Assembly: GCA_036675275.1 (NCBI GenBank) | Contig: JAKFFG010000027.1 | Span: 4,113-68,112 of the forward strand | Source of the DNA: Pseudomonas sp. | Lineage (GTDB): Bacteria > Pseudomonadota > Gammaproteobacteria > Burkholderiales > Burkholderiaceae_B | Direction: 5' to 3' | Length of the DNA: 64,000 bases | In this document: positions 26,465 through 36,409 of the stretch, one piece after another | Numbering within the stretch: position 1 is the first letter of the stretch | Layout: each line of letters opens with the position of its first letter | Notes under the pieces: generated by a model | What the model was told of the DNA's origin: nothing | Databases searched by the model: none | What the model saw: only the letters and a program-made list of their open reading frames with translations | Position numbers and translations under genes: made by a program

Positions 26465-28918
26465 ATGAAGATAGCCTTTACTTGCCTTTTTTCACTGATT
26501 CTGTCCACGACAGCCAGCGTCGCCGAAGCGAGAGTATCGCGTGCCGACTACGACGCATTAATACACGGCGCGCGCGACGGTGATTTCGAACCGGCGCTGG
26601 TCATGCTGCGAGCACACAGCATTGAACACCCCAGAGACTTGCGCGCGGCCTATGATCGCATCCTCATCGCTGGTTGGGCTGCCAATACAGCAGAGGTGAT
26701 CGCTGCCTACGAAGGGCTCGATCCATCTCCCAACCGCCCCCCCTCCAATGTTCTGAAGACAGTTGCCCAGGCCTATCGCGACAGCCAGCGCTGGGACGAT
26801 GCCCTGGCGCTATACCGCCAGGGCAGGCTGCTGTATCCGCGGCAAACATCGTTCGTCGTCGGGGAGATCATGGTGTTGACGGATGCCGGCGACACAGACG
26901 CCGCGGTAGCTCTGGGCCAGGAACAGGTTGAGCGACGTCCGGGCGATGCCGACCTTCGGCTGGCGCTCGGCTATGCGTATAGGGGAACGAATTCTCCATA
27001 CGCGGCCTTGCAGGAAGCGGACCGCGCCCTCGCCATTGCACCGGGCAAGAACTATGTCAGCCGCGAGTACATCAAGAGCCTGGAGCGGGCCGGCCTGCCC
27101 TTGGCGGCCTTGAATTCGGCTCGCCAGCATCCCGGACTGCTCAGCGACAAAGAGATGCGCAATCTGCAGGCGGATTATGTGGCGGAACTCGCCCGCTTGG
27201 CCGAAATGCCAACCAGGCAAGAAACGGAAAGATTCGCTATCGCCGATCGCGCTTTGGCCGAATACGACCGCCTGATCCCGGCATGGGAAGTCCTGGGGCC
27301 GGAAGCAAGCGAAGAACTATTACGCATCCGGATGGACAGGTTGCAGGTATTGCAGACACGCATGCGCATGCAGGATGTTGTAGACGACTATGAGGCCCTG
27401 AAAGCACAAGGCGTGGAGATGCCGCGATACGTAATGAACGATGTTGCGAACGCCTATCTCTATCTGCGCGAACCCGAAGTCGCGGCCCATTTATACAGAC
27501 AGGTACTGAATGACAGCGCCAGCAAGCTCGACAGCCCGGGCGAGCATCTCAGCGATCAAATCAGACTGTTCTATGCCCTGGTTGAAAGCGAGCAATTCGA
27601 CGAGGCAGCGCAAGTCATCGATGCCGCAAGAAAATCCCAACCCAAGTGGCGCCGCATAAAAGGCGTGCCGCAGCCGGTTCCAAACGACCTGCATGTGTAT
27701 GCCGAGGAAACCGCGGCATTAGGCCTGTTTTACGCGGATGACACGCCTGCGGCGCAACAGCGCTTTGAAGAACTCGTGGCCCTGGCTCCAAATAACGTGG
27801 GACTTCGTGCAGGGCTGGCCCGCGTGTATCGCGGCCGCAGCCTTCCGCGGGCTGCCGAGAATCAGCTCAAGATGGCCGAGCCATTGGAACCGCGGGGAGC
27901 TGAGACCCAGTCGGGACAAGGCTTGACGGCGATCGATTTACAGGAATGGCGGCAGGCCAATTCACTGGCCCTAGACCTGGCGGCCCGCTTTCCGGAGGCA
28001 AAACCAACCGATACCCTGGCACGCCGCTGGACTCTACACAAGAAAGCTGAACTCAGGGTTTCGGGCAACCGCGGCATTGCATCCGACAGTCCGGTCATCG
28101 GTAGCGGCGACTTCAATGTAGAAACCGTGCTCTATTCGGCTCCGCTGGATTTCAATTGGCGAGTATTTGGCGGCGGCGGTTATGCCACCGGCGACTTCGA
28201 AGAAGGAACGGGCTATTACCGCTGGCTGCGTACCGGTGTCGAATGGCGGGCTCGCGACGTCACTGCCGAACTCGAAGTATCCAGCCATAACTATGGCTAC
28301 GGCACCAAGCCCGGGGCCCGAGCAAGCGGCGCATACGATTTCAATGATCATTGGCAGGTCGGCGGATTCGCCGCCCTGCGATCGCGTGAAACCCCCTTAC
28401 GCGCACTGCGCAGCGATATCTCTTCGAACAGCTTGGGCGCTTACGTACGCTGGCGCGCCAACGAACGTCGCGAATGGACGTTTACCCTGTCGCCCTCCCG
28501 CTTCAGTGACGGAAATAACCGGCTGATTGGAGTCCTCTCCGGGACTGAGCGGCTATACACCACCCCCACGCTGAAGACCGATCTGCAAATGAATATCGCA
28601 GCGTCGCACAATTCCATTGAAGACGTGCCTTATTTCAATCCCCGTTCTGACCTGGAAGTGCTTCCCGCGCTCAATCTGACTCATATCCTATATCGCCGTT
28701 ACGAGACGATATGGGAGCAGAGCTTTCTGCTGGGCGCGGGCCTGTATGCGCAAAAAGGCTATAGCCCGGGGGCAATCGGCGCGCTGGGTTATGGCATGCG
28801 CTACCAGGCCAGCGACGCCTTCGATGTGGGAGCGACAGTGACCGGCGTGAGCCGACCCTATGACGGCGTACGCGAACGTGAGCTGCGCATCATGTTTGAA
28901 ATGAATCTGCGTTTTTAG
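26465..28918 (+). CDS. pgaA: Poly-beta-1,6-N-acetyl-D-glucosamine (PNAG) export porin PgaA (TPR N-domain + C-terminal beta-barrel)
   Basis: 817 aa with a signal peptide, TPR-like repeats, and a barrel ending in the aromatic residue ...FEMNLRF. It is the first gene of a pgaABCD-ordered operon. Confidence 0.85.
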   Translation: MKIAFTCLFSLILSTTASVAEARVSRADYDALIHGARDGDFEPALVMLRAHSIEHPRDLRAAYDRILIAGWAANTAEVIAAYEGLDPSPNRPPSNVLKTVAQAYRDSQRWDDALALYRQGRLLYPRQTSFVVGEIMVLTDAGDTDAAVALGQEQVERRPGDADLRLALGYAYRGTNSPYAALQEADRALAIAPGKNYVSREYIKSLERAGLPLAALNSARQHPGLLSDKEMRNLQADYVAELARLAEMPTRQETERFAIADRALAEYDRLIPAWEVLGPEASEELLRIRMDRLQVLQTRMRMQDVVDDYEALKAQGVEMPRYVMNDVANAYLYLREPEVAAHLYRQVLNDSASKLDSPGEHLSDQIRLFYALVESEQFDEAAQVIDAARKSQPKWRRIKGVPQPVPNDLHVYAEETAALGLFYADDTPAAQQRFEELVALAPNNVGLRAGLARVYRGRSLPRAAENQLKMAEPLEPRGAETQSGQGLTAIDLQEWRQANSLALDLAARFPEAKPTDTLARRWTLHKKAELRVSGNRGIASDSPVIGSGDFNVETVLYSAPLDFNWRVFGGGGYATGDFEEGTGYYRWLRTGVEWRARDVTAELEVSSHNYGYGTKPGARASGAYDFNDHWQVGGFAALRSRETPLRALRSDISSNSLGAYVRWRANERREWTFTLSPSRFSDGNNRLIGVLSGTERLYTTPTLKTDLQMNIAASHNSIEDVPYFNPRSDLEVLPALNLTHILYRRYETIWEQSFLLGAGLYAQKGYSPGAIGALGYGMRYQASDAFDVGATVTGVSRPYDGVRERELRIMFEMNLRF

Positions 28919-28927
28919 AGAGCCAAC

Positions 28928-30961
28928 ATGTTTGTCAACCTTTCCAGCATACGTTCAATGGCCAGTCTCTTTTGTTCTCTTTTACTGCTGAGCGCATGCG
29001 CCAAGAACATCCCGGTGTTCGTTCCGCCGGAACAGCGTCCCAGCCATAACTTCAATGAACCCTGGCCCAAGAACAAGTATCTGGCGCTTGGCTACCATGA
29101 CGTGGAAGACAATGACCCCGACCAGGCTTTCGTAAGCGTAAAAACCGAGAGGCTGGAAGAGCAGTTTTCATGGCTACGCGAGAACGGCTATCAGCCGATC
29201 ACGGTAGACCAGATTCTGACTGCCAACCAAGGCGGCGAGCCGCTGCCCACAAAGGCTGTACTCCTTACTTTCGACGACGGATACCGCAGCTTCTATACCC
29301 GCGTGTTTCCGCTGCTGAAAGCTTATAACTGGCCCGCCGTTCTGGCGCCGGTGGGCAAATGGGTGGACACACCCGACGGCCAGGAGGTGGATTTCGGTGG
29401 GCGAATGACAGAACGCGAGCGCTTTCTTACCTGGGACCAGATCAGTGAAGTGGCGCGCTCCGGACTGGTCGAAATCGGCGCGCATACCGACGATTTGCAC
29501 TATGGGATACCGGGGAATCCACAGGGAAACCTGCTCCCCGCCGCCGCGGTTCGCGCGTATGACGCCACTACGGGACAGTACGAAACGGATGCCGAGTTCA
29601 AGACACGCATCAGCACGGACGTGAAGCGGATCACGGACAAGATTGTGCGCGCGACCGGCAAGAAACCCCGTGTGTGGGTCTGGCCCTACGGCGCTGCGAA
29701 TGGCGAAACCCTGAAGATTGTGCAGGACCACGGCTACTCCCTGATCCTGACACTGGACTCGGGGCTGGGCTCGGTGGACGACCTGACCGACACGCCGCGG
29801 GTGTTGGTGTCCAACGACCCGCAACTGCGAAATTTTGCAAACGTCAGCATGGTCATGGAAAACAACGAAGTCATGCGGGTCGCTCATGTCGACCTGGACT
29901 ATGTGTACGACTCCGATCCAGAACAAATGGATCGCAATCTGGGCGATCTGGTGCAGCGCATTGCCGACATGAAGATCACGACTGTTTTCCTGCAGGCATA
30001 CGCCGATCCAACCGGCGACGGCCTGGTGAAGTCGCTCTATTTCCCTAATCGCCATTTACCGGTGCGCGCCGATCTGTTCAATCGTGCCGCCTGGCAACTG
30101 AAAACTCGCGCATTCGTCAATGTCTATGCATGGATGCCGGTACTGAGCTATGACCTGCCGTCTTCGATTTCCCGCGTGACCAGCTGGGATCCGGAAACGG
30201 GCGAGACAGCAGTCGATAAGGATTACTATCGGCGCCTTTCGCCATTCGACCCGGCGGCCCGTCAGAAGATCATCGAAATCTACGAAGACCTGGCCAAACA
30301 CTCGCTATTCAGCGGTGTTCTTTTCCACGACGATGCTGTGCTGTCCGACTTCGAGGATGCCGGTCCGCATGCATTGGCCGCTTACCAAGCTGCCGGACTA
30401 CCCGGCAATATCGAGGCGTTGCGCGCCGATCCGGATACTTTCCAGCGCTGGACGCGCTACAAAAGCCAGTATCTGGTCGACTTCACCAAGGAGCTGACCG
30501 AACACGTGCGCGCCATACGAGGCCCGCAGATCAAGACGGCACGCAATATCTTCGCCGAACCGATACTTCATCCCGAAAGCGAGGCCTGGTTTGCGCAGAA
30601 CCTGGATGACTTCCTGGCTGCCTATGACTGGACCGCGCCCATGGCCATGCCATGGATGGAGAACGTCCCCGCCGAGGAGGCAGACGCATGGCTGGATAAG
30701 CTGGTCACCACCGTGGGTACACGCCCCGGCGCCCTCAACAAAACGGTATTTGAAATACAGGGACGTGACTGGCGACCGTCCGAAGGACAGGAAGACTCTG
30801 GCCATGTCGATTCCGCGTTGATGGCCCGATGGTTGAAACGTTTGCAATTGAGTGGCGCTCGCAGCTTCGGCTATTACCCCGATGACTTCACGAAAAATCA
30901 GCCCCGGTTGGATGTCATCCGGCCGGCAATCTCAAACGCGTGGTATCCCTTCCATGATTGA
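28928..30961 (+). CDS. pgaB: PNAG N-deacetylase lipoprotein PgaB
   Basis: 677 aa with lipobox LLLSACA. The polysaccharide deacetylase (CE4) N-domain contains LTFDDGY, followed by a GH13-like C-domain. Confidence 0.9.
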   Translation: MFVNLSSIRSMASLFCSLLLLSACAKNIPVFVPPEQRPSHNFNEPWPKNKYLALGYHDVEDNDPDQAFVSVKTERLEEQFSWLRENGYQPITVDQILTANQGGEPLPTKAVLLTFDDGYRSFYTRVFPLLKAYNWPAVLAPVGKWVDTPDGQEVDFGGRMTERERFLTWDQISEVARSGLVEIGAHTDDLHYGIPGNPQGNLLPAAAVRAYDATTGQYETDAEFKTRISTDVKRITDKIVRATGKKPRVWVWPYGAANGETLKIVQDHGYSLILTLDSGLGSVDDLTDTPRVLVSNDPQLRNFANVSMVMENNEVMRVAHVDLDYVYDSDPEQMDRNLGDLVQRIADMKITTVFLQAYADPTGDGLVKSLYFPNRHLPVRADLFNRAAWQLKTRAFVNVYAWMPVLSYDLPSSISRVTSWDPETGETAVDKDYYRRLSPFDPAARQKIIEIYEDLAKHSLFSGVLFHDDAVLSDFEDAGPHALAAYQAAGLPGNIEALRADPDTFQRWTRYKSQYLVDFTKELTEHVRAIRGPQIKTARNIFAEPILHPESEAWFAQNLDDFLAAYDWTAPMAMPWMENVPAEEADAWLDKLVTTVGTRPGALNKTVFEIQGRDWRPSEGQEDSGHVDSALMARWLKRLQLSGARSFGYYPDDFTKNQPRLDVIRPAISNAWYPFHD

Positions 30962-32282
30962 TCGACTCATCGCTCTCCTGGTGTTGTGCATCGCGCTTGG
31001 CGCGCCGTTCGGACTGACTCTTGTACTGACAAGCAGCGTCCTGCTCAACTTTGTCTTTTTCTATCCCCTGTTCATGTCGGGAATCTGGATTGCCGGCGGG
31101 CTTTACTTCTGGTTTCATTGGGAGCGCCACTGGAAGTGGCGACCGTACCGCTCGCCCGATCTTGCAGGCCAACCGCTTATAACCGTCATTGTTCCTTGCT
31201 ATAACGAGGAACATCATGGCGAGGAAACCATACGGGCGGCGCTAAATCAGGACTATGCGAACATCGAGGTCATCGCGGTGAACGACGGCTCATCCGACGG
31301 AACCGCTGCGCTGTTCGACAGGCTGGCGTCCGAAAACCCCAGGCTCCGGGTCATACACCTGGCACAGAACCAGGGCAAGGCCATGGCATTGCGCATGGGA
31401 GCAATGGCGGCGCGCAGTGAATACCTGGTCTGCATCGACGGCGACGCCCACCTTGATCCAGACGCCCTGCGGTATTTGGTCGCGCCCATGATCCAGAACT
31501 CGAATGTGGCGGCCGTAACGGGCAACCCCCGCATACGCACACGATCCACGCTGATTGGGCGCATACAGGTTGGCGAGTTTTCTTCCATTATCGGTCTTAT
31601 CAAACGTACTCAACGTGTTTATGGCCAATTGTTCTCGGTTTCGGGGGTAGTTGCGGCGTTCCGGCGCCAGGCGCTGGACCAGGTGGACTACTGGAGCCTG
31701 GACATGATCACCGAAGACATCGATATCACATGGAAACTTCAACGCGAGAACTGGACTGTCCTTTATGAACCGCGGGCACTGTGCTGGATTCTCATGCCCG
31801 AAACCCTGCAGGGTTTGTGGAAGCAACGAGTACGCTGGGCGCAGGGAGGCGCAGAAGTATTTCTGAAAAACCTGCTAAGTATCTGGAACTGGAAATACCG
31901 CAGGCTATGGCCTTTGATGGCCGAATATTGCCTGTCTATCGCCTGGGCATTCGCAATGGGCCTTTCGATTGTTCTGTGGATATTGGGCCACATTGTGGCT
32001 TTGCCCGTCAACGTACAAGTATCGACCCTTCTGCCACCTGCCTTTACCGGCATGGTGCTCGCCCTGGTCTGCCTTCTGCAATTCGTGGTGAGCATCCTGA
32101 TAGACCGACGTTACGAACCCCGCCTCCCACGTTCGCTGTATTGGATCATCTGGTATCCGTTCGCTTACTGGATCATCAACTTTTTCACCACCCTCTTCAG
32201 TTTCCCTAAAGTCATGCTGCGCATTCGGCGCCAGCGCGCCCGCTGGTCCAGCCCCGATCGCGGCATAAAGGAGTTGTCATGA
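30954..32282 (+). CDS. pgaC: PNAG synthase PgaC (family 2 glycosyltransferase)
   Basis: The ATG at 30954 overlaps the pgaB stop (ATGATTGA). GT2 motifs are VIVPCYNEE, NDGSSDGT, CIDGDA and the Q-x-x-RW motif QRVRWAQGG. Confidence 0.9.
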   Translation: MIDRLIALLVLCIALGAPFGLTLVLTSSVLLNFVFFYPLFMSGIWIAGGLYFWFHWERHWKWRPYRSPDLAGQPLITVIVPCYNEEHHGEETIRAALNQDYANIEVIAVNDGSSDGTAALFDRLASENPRLRVIHLAQNQGKAMALRMGAMAARSEYLVCIDGDAHLDPDALRYLVAPMIQNSNVAAVTGNPRIRTRSTLIGRIQVGEFSSIIGLIKRTQRVYGQLFSVSGVVAAFRRQALDQVDYWSLDMITEDIDITWKLQRENWTVLYEPRALCWILMPETLQGLWKQRVRWAQGGAEVFLKNLLSIWNWKYRRLWPLMAEYCLSIAWAFAMGLSIVLWILGHIVALPVNVQVSTLLPPAFTGMVLALVCLLQFVVSILIDRRYEPRLPRSLYWIIWYPFAYWIINFFTTLFSFPKVMLRIRRQRARWSSPDRGIKELS

Positions 32283-32755
32283 TTATCACTACGCAACGCT
32301 CAAGCATTTTCCTGGCTATTGACGCAACGCTGACAGCCATGGGATGGATCGGCTTCTTCTATCTGTTTACCCGAGGCGTAACGAGTATGGTGGATGTCGC
32401 GGCCCACGGTAGCCCGCGGATTTCAGCGCTGGACCTTTATCTACCTACCGTAACGACTTTGGCCGCCTATCTGTTGGTGGGAGCCGTGAACGCCCTTGTG
32501 CTTGTGCTTTGGGCTCGTTATCACAATCTCTTCTTCAGCGAGCTGTATCGGCCCAAGGCCTTGCCCCGTATCGACGAGGGCATGGTCGCGGAGCACTTCC
32601 AGCTTACCTTCAACCAATTGAGAGAGATTCAGAGCAGCCGGGTAACCGTGATCTATCACGCCACTGATGGCGCAATAGCACACCTGGAAACCGATCAGCT
32701 GCAAGTGCAGTCCGCCCACAGCGCTACCACCCTGGAACGGGTGAAAGTCGCCTGA
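32279..32755 (+). CDS. pgaD: PNAG biosynthesis protein PgaD
   Basis: 158 aa with two N-terminal TM helices. It has an ATGA overlap with pgaC and sits in the fourth operon position. Confidence 0.75.
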   Translation: MIITTQRSSIFLAIDATLTAMGWIGFFYLFTRGVTSMVDVAAHGSPRISALDLYLPTVTTLAAYLLVGAVNALVLVLWARYHNLFFSELYRPKALPRIDEGMVAEHFQLTFNQLREIQSSRVTVIYHATDGAIAHLETDQLQVQSAHSATTLERVKVA

Positions 32756-33045
32756 CGCAGATATAGCGTGGATCGAGGCCAACGGCCTAGGCCGTTTGGC
32801 TACGGCCACTGAAGTCAGGCTATGACAAAAAGCTGAACACGGCGTAGGCCATCTACCGCATGTTTCGATCAGCTTAGGACCCTAAGATAGATCCATGCAA
32901 TTCGTTTCTTTACGTTAAGAAGATACGACATAAGGTTACAGACAAGTAGTCCAAGGGGAAGAGGTTCGGGCCGGCAAAAGGCACCTAACCCAGCCATTCA
33001 GCTTCACCGCAACAAAAACGCAAATCGCGGCAGGGAGAGGATTAG

Positions 33046-33564
33046 ATGCGCTTGTTCACCGTACTTGCCCCACTGGCCATCGTCTTGAACGGCGCCTGCT
33101 TTGCGGCAGCGATCCCGGTCACAAAGGACGCCGAGCAGGCTCGACCCGTGGTGGCAAGAGACGCTTTACCCGGCCCAAAGGCAAACAGCCCCGACGTCCC
33201 GAACGGCTCTCATCAGCCACGTAGCACGGTGTTCGACGACCCGCTTAGCGGCATCGTTGTAAACCGCACTGTCACGGTACTGGGCAATGACTTCTATCAA
33301 TACTTCAGCTCCCGTTGGCGTCAAAAGGACATCAGCACCAAGTACACGATATCCATTCATGAGCGCCCGTCAGCGCGATTCGGTAGCGAGATATGGGTGC
33401 AGTTCCGGCAAAAGCGGATGTTTCACGCCTTTTTACCGCCGGCACGGGCCGCGACCAAGAAGATAAGTTGGTCAGCCGTCGAAATGGTCTACCAGAACAT
33501 CAATGACAGTGAGATTGAACGGATCATGGTGAAAAGCCCTGATCTAGGACCCGAGGAGATGTAA
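33046..33564 (+). CDS. csgE: Curli production assembly/transport component CsgE
   Basis: GNDFYQYFSSRWRQKD...ISIHERPSARFGSEIWV parallels E. coli CsgE GHDFYRAFSDKW...LTINERPSARWGSWITI. A signal peptide is present. Confidence 0.85.
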   Translation: MRLFTVLAPLAIVLNGACFAAAIPVTKDAEQARPVVARDALPGPKANSPDVPNGSHQPRSTVFDDPLSGIVVNRTVTVLGNDFYQYFSSRWRQKDISTKYTISIHERPSARFGSEIWVQFRQKRMFHAFLPPARAATKKISWSAVEMVYQNINDSEIERIMVKSPDLGPEEM

Positions 33565-34029
33565 ATGAAAGGAGATAACGTGGCAATAAGAACAGAACAC
33601 CGCATACGCACCGGGCTGTTGATCGTGTCACTGGCGTTGGCAGGCCAGGCCGCGGCAACAGAGCTGGTGTATTACCCCCTTAACCCGTCATTCGGAGGCA
33701 GCGCCCTCAACGGAACCGTCCTGTTGAATTCGGCACTCGCCACGAACAAACACACCGACCCTACCGCAGACGCTTATGGCATCGAAGAAAAGACGCCTGC
33801 ACAGCTGCTCAACGAGACCATCGAACGCACGGTGATCAATCGCATGGCCACTGCGGCCAGCGGCCAGATCATGGATAACAACGGCAACTTTGTACCGGGC
33901 ACGCTCGAAACGAGCAATTTCACCATTACGGTAACCGTGTCGCCGACCAATCCCAACAACCTGACAATCACGACGCTGGACAAGCTTACAGGCGCTACTA
34001 CAGTCTTTAATGTGAGCAACCAAGGATGA
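33565..34029 (+). CDS. csgF: Curli production assembly/transport component CsgF
   Basis: YYPLNPSFGGSALNGTVLLNSA parallels E. coli CsgF [22 protein letters not shown]. A signal peptide is present. Confidence 0.85.
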   Translation: MKGDNVAIRTEHRIRTGLLIVSLALAGQAAATELVYYPLNPSFGGSALNGTVLLNSALATNKHTDPTADAYGIEEKTPAQLLNETIERTVINRMATAASGQIMDNNGNFVPGTLETSNFTITVTVSPTNPNNLTITTLDKLTGATTVFNVSNQG

Positions 34030-34967
34030 ATACTATAAAAAGAAATAGCGCCGCTTATCAGCGGCTGGCCCTGGCTGGGATGACTACGATTTTATGTGGC
34101 GCACTTGGTGCATGCGCCGTGCCAAGTACGCCGGTTCAGGTGACAACTGCGGCACAGTTGACGCCTCCCACACCGACTTCACATGATTTGCGTAATCTGC
34201 CGCCGCCCAAGGGCAAGGTCGTTGTGGCTGTCTATGGGTTTCGCGATCAGACCGGGCAATACAAGCCATCTCCGGACAGTTCGTTTTCGACCTCAGTGAC
34301 TCAAGGGGCCGCGTCAATGCTGGTCAAGGCCCTGAAAGAATCCGGCTGGTTCACCCCTGTCGAACGCGAAAGCCTTCAGGAACTTCTCACGGAACGCCGT
34401 ATTGTCCGGGCTCTGGATGGATCGCAGGCCAAGGACGCACCCGAAATCCACATTCCCGCGCTGGTTCCGGCGTCCATCCTGATAGACGGCGGAATCATTT
34501 CCTACGAAAGCAATGTCAGGTCGGGCGGGCTGGGCGCCAAGTTCCTGGGTGTAGGTTTATCCACTCAATACCGGATGGACCAGGTAACCATAGGGTTGCG
34601 CAGTGTGGACATACGCACAGGGCAGGTTTTGCAGACCGTCTCCACGACCAAAACGATCTTTTCGTATGAAGTACGTCCCAGCGTCTACAAGTTCGTGAAT
34701 TTCAAGGATCTTCTGGAAATTGAAGGCGGCGTTACCAACAACGAGCCGGCCCAATTGTGTGTCAAGGAAGCCATTGAGGCAGCTGTCGTTCACCTTACTG
34801 TTCAGGGGCTGAAAGACAGGAACTGGGTGCTTAAGAACGAGAGCGACTGGAACTTGCCGGTTATCCAGGACTATCTGCGTGAAGCCACAAATTACGCGTC
34901 GGTCCCGATTGATCTGCCCGGGGAAGTAGACAAGACAACCGTATCCCTGGCTGAAAAAGACGAGTGA
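34026..34967 (+). CDS. csgG: Curli secretion channel lipoprotein CsgG
   Basis: 313 aa with lipobox LGAC. VVAVYGFRDQTGQYKP...VTQGAASMLVKALKESGWF is the typical CsgG sequence. Confidence 0.9.
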   Translation: MNTIKRNSAAYQRLALAGMTTILCGALGACAVPSTPVQVTTAAQLTPPTPTSHDLRNLPPPKGKVVVAVYGFRDQTGQYKPSPDSSFSTSVTQGAASMLVKALKESGWFTPVERESLQELLTERRIVRALDGSQAKDAPEIHIPALVPASILIDGGIISYESNVRSGGLGAKFLGVGLSTQYRMDQVTIGLRSVDIRTGQVLQTVSTTKTIFSYEVRPSVYKFVNFKDLLEIEGGVTNNEPAQLCVKEAIEAAVVHLTVQGLKDRNWVLKNESDWNLPVIQDYLREATNYASVPIDLPGEVDKTTVSLAEKDE

Positions 34968-35059
34968 AAACAAAGCACCCGTAGCGTCGTACTGCAGTCC
35001 GGTATCAAAGACCGCCGGACTGGCTTGCAATATTTGGTCTTTATTCTGAGGAGAAATAT

Positions 35060-35764
35060 ATGAGCATCAAATTGTCTGCACTTGCCCTTGGCATTACCCT
35101 GGCTTACGGCGCCACTGCAGCCATGGCAGCCGATGAAGCCAGCATCTATCAACAAGGCTGGTTCAATGACGCATCCGTTGAACAATTCAGCAACAACAAC
35201 GCCGTCGCAACGATTTCCCAAGGTGGCTTCGGCAATGAAGGCGTTGTCAAGCAAGAGCAAATCGATAATTCCCTGGCAACTATCACCCAGAATGGCAGTG
35301 CCGGATCCGCAACCATCAACCAGGGCGGTCAACTGGGAGAAGGACAGTGGGTACGCGTCGGTGGGCATTGGGGCTATGGCGGCGGCTGGCAGTATGTACC
35401 GGGACAGTGGACCAACGGCGTGAACCAGACGGCACATATCACACAGGCCGATGGTTACGGTAACGACGCTTGGATCACCCAGACCGGTACCAATGTCGAT
35501 GCCCACATTTATCAGGACGGAGTGCTGAACACGGCCGGAATCTTGCAACACGGCACGGGCGGCGCCCACAACGAGGCAAACATTTCTCAACGTGGGAAAT
35601 ATAACGACGGCTACATCACCCAGAACGGCAGCAATCTGGTAGCCACGATAAACCAGCATGGCATTGGGAACGAGGCCACCCTGATGCAAACTGGTTCGGA
35701 CAAGACCGCAACGATTACGCAAACGAGAGGCTACCAGAACGTGGCCTATATCAATCAGCGTTAA
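35060..35764 (+). CDS. Curlin-repeat amyloid subunit (CsgA/CsgB family), ~8 imperfect repeats
   Basis: Signal peptide ...ATAAMA, then repeats of the S/T-x5-Q-x-G-x-G-N-x-A-x3-Q type. Examples are NAVATISQGGFGNEGVVKQ, NSLATITQNGSAGSATINQ, NQTAHITQADGYGNDAWITQ and NLVATINQHGIGNEATLMQ. Confidence 0.85.
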   Translation: MSIKLSALALGITLAYGATAAMAADEASIYQQGWFNDASVEQFSNNNAVATISQGGFGNEGVVKQEQIDNSLATITQNGSAGSATINQGGQLGEGQWVRVGGHWGYGGGWQYVPGQWTNGVNQTAHITQADGYGNDAWITQTGTNVDAHIYQDGVLNTAGILQHGTGGAHNEANISQRGKYNDGYITQNGSNLVATINQHGIGNEATLMQTGSDKTATITQTRGYQNVAYINQR

Positions 35765-35901
35765 CACCAGCTCCAACCCGCAGTAAAGAGGTCAACCACA
35801 GGCGGGCGTTTCGCCTGCTTGTGGACACAAGACTTATAAGTCGTCCCGCCTTACGGGATTTGTTGTGAATTTGACATAGATCAAAACATGGGAGAAGTGA
35901 A

Positions 35902-36210
35902 ATGGTAGGGGATAGCGACATACAGGTTTGGCTGGAAACAGTTGCCAGATCGCAGCCCGCCGTTGTAGTGCCATACGTGCGCAGCAACGCGGATACCACG
36001 TTGCGCTACAAAATGCGGACTGTGAAGCAAAGCGACAGCGGAAAATCAGTGATAGGGCAAGGGGGTGTAGTGACGGTGCTGGCGGATGTGCCCGCAGCGT
36101 TGTCTCGTATGTCATTGAGCCGTTCGCCGAATGATGAATGCGAAATTGACGTGGTGCTTTCCGAAGCCGGAGTGGCTGACCGAAGCTACCATTTCAAGTG
36201 TCCCGATTGA
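35902..36210 (+). CDS. CsgC/CsgH-like curli amyloid-inhibitor chaperone homolog (apparently leaderless)
   Basis: LRYKMRTVKQSDSGKSVIGQGGVVTVLADVPAALSRMSLSRSPNDECEIDVVLSEAG aligns by eye with E. coli CsgC CRVQILSLREGSSGQSQTKQEKTLSLPANQPIALTKLSLNISPDDRVKIVVTVSDG. GGGAGAAG sits upstream of the ATG. An in-frame TGA at 35872-35874 blocks any N-terminal extension. Confidence 0.55.
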   Translation: MVGDSDIQVWLETVARSQPAVVVPYVRSNADTTLRYKMRTVKQSDSGKSVIGQGGVVTVLADVPAALSRMSLSRSPNDECEIDVVLSEAGVADRSYHFKCPD

Positions 36211-36409
36211 TTAAAGGCATCCAAGGATTTTGTCTATTTAAAGTAATGATTTACATCGCTTTTCGACGCAGCGGTTGCTTGCCTCATAAGCGCTGTACCA
36301 ATACCATAGAAAGCAACAATCCAGTTGGATATTCGTTTCGCTATCCGCGAAACTGGAAATCTCGATCGACGCTCACAACACGGCGACGAGGAACCTAGGA
36401 AGAAGAAGA

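Noticed and set aside
32756-33045. I searched the gaps around the curli genes (also 35765-35901 and 36211-36409) for a small csgB-like ORF.
   Set aside because: Only ORFs of a few codons are present (e.g. MTKS*, MQFVSLR*). None has curlin repeats.
34892-35776. 294-aa ORF antisense to the curlin gene.
   Set aside because: It is a mirror of the repetitive Gln/Gly/Asn-coding repeats. The sense strand has a signal peptide, curlin repeats, a strong GAGGAG RBS and the correct operon context.
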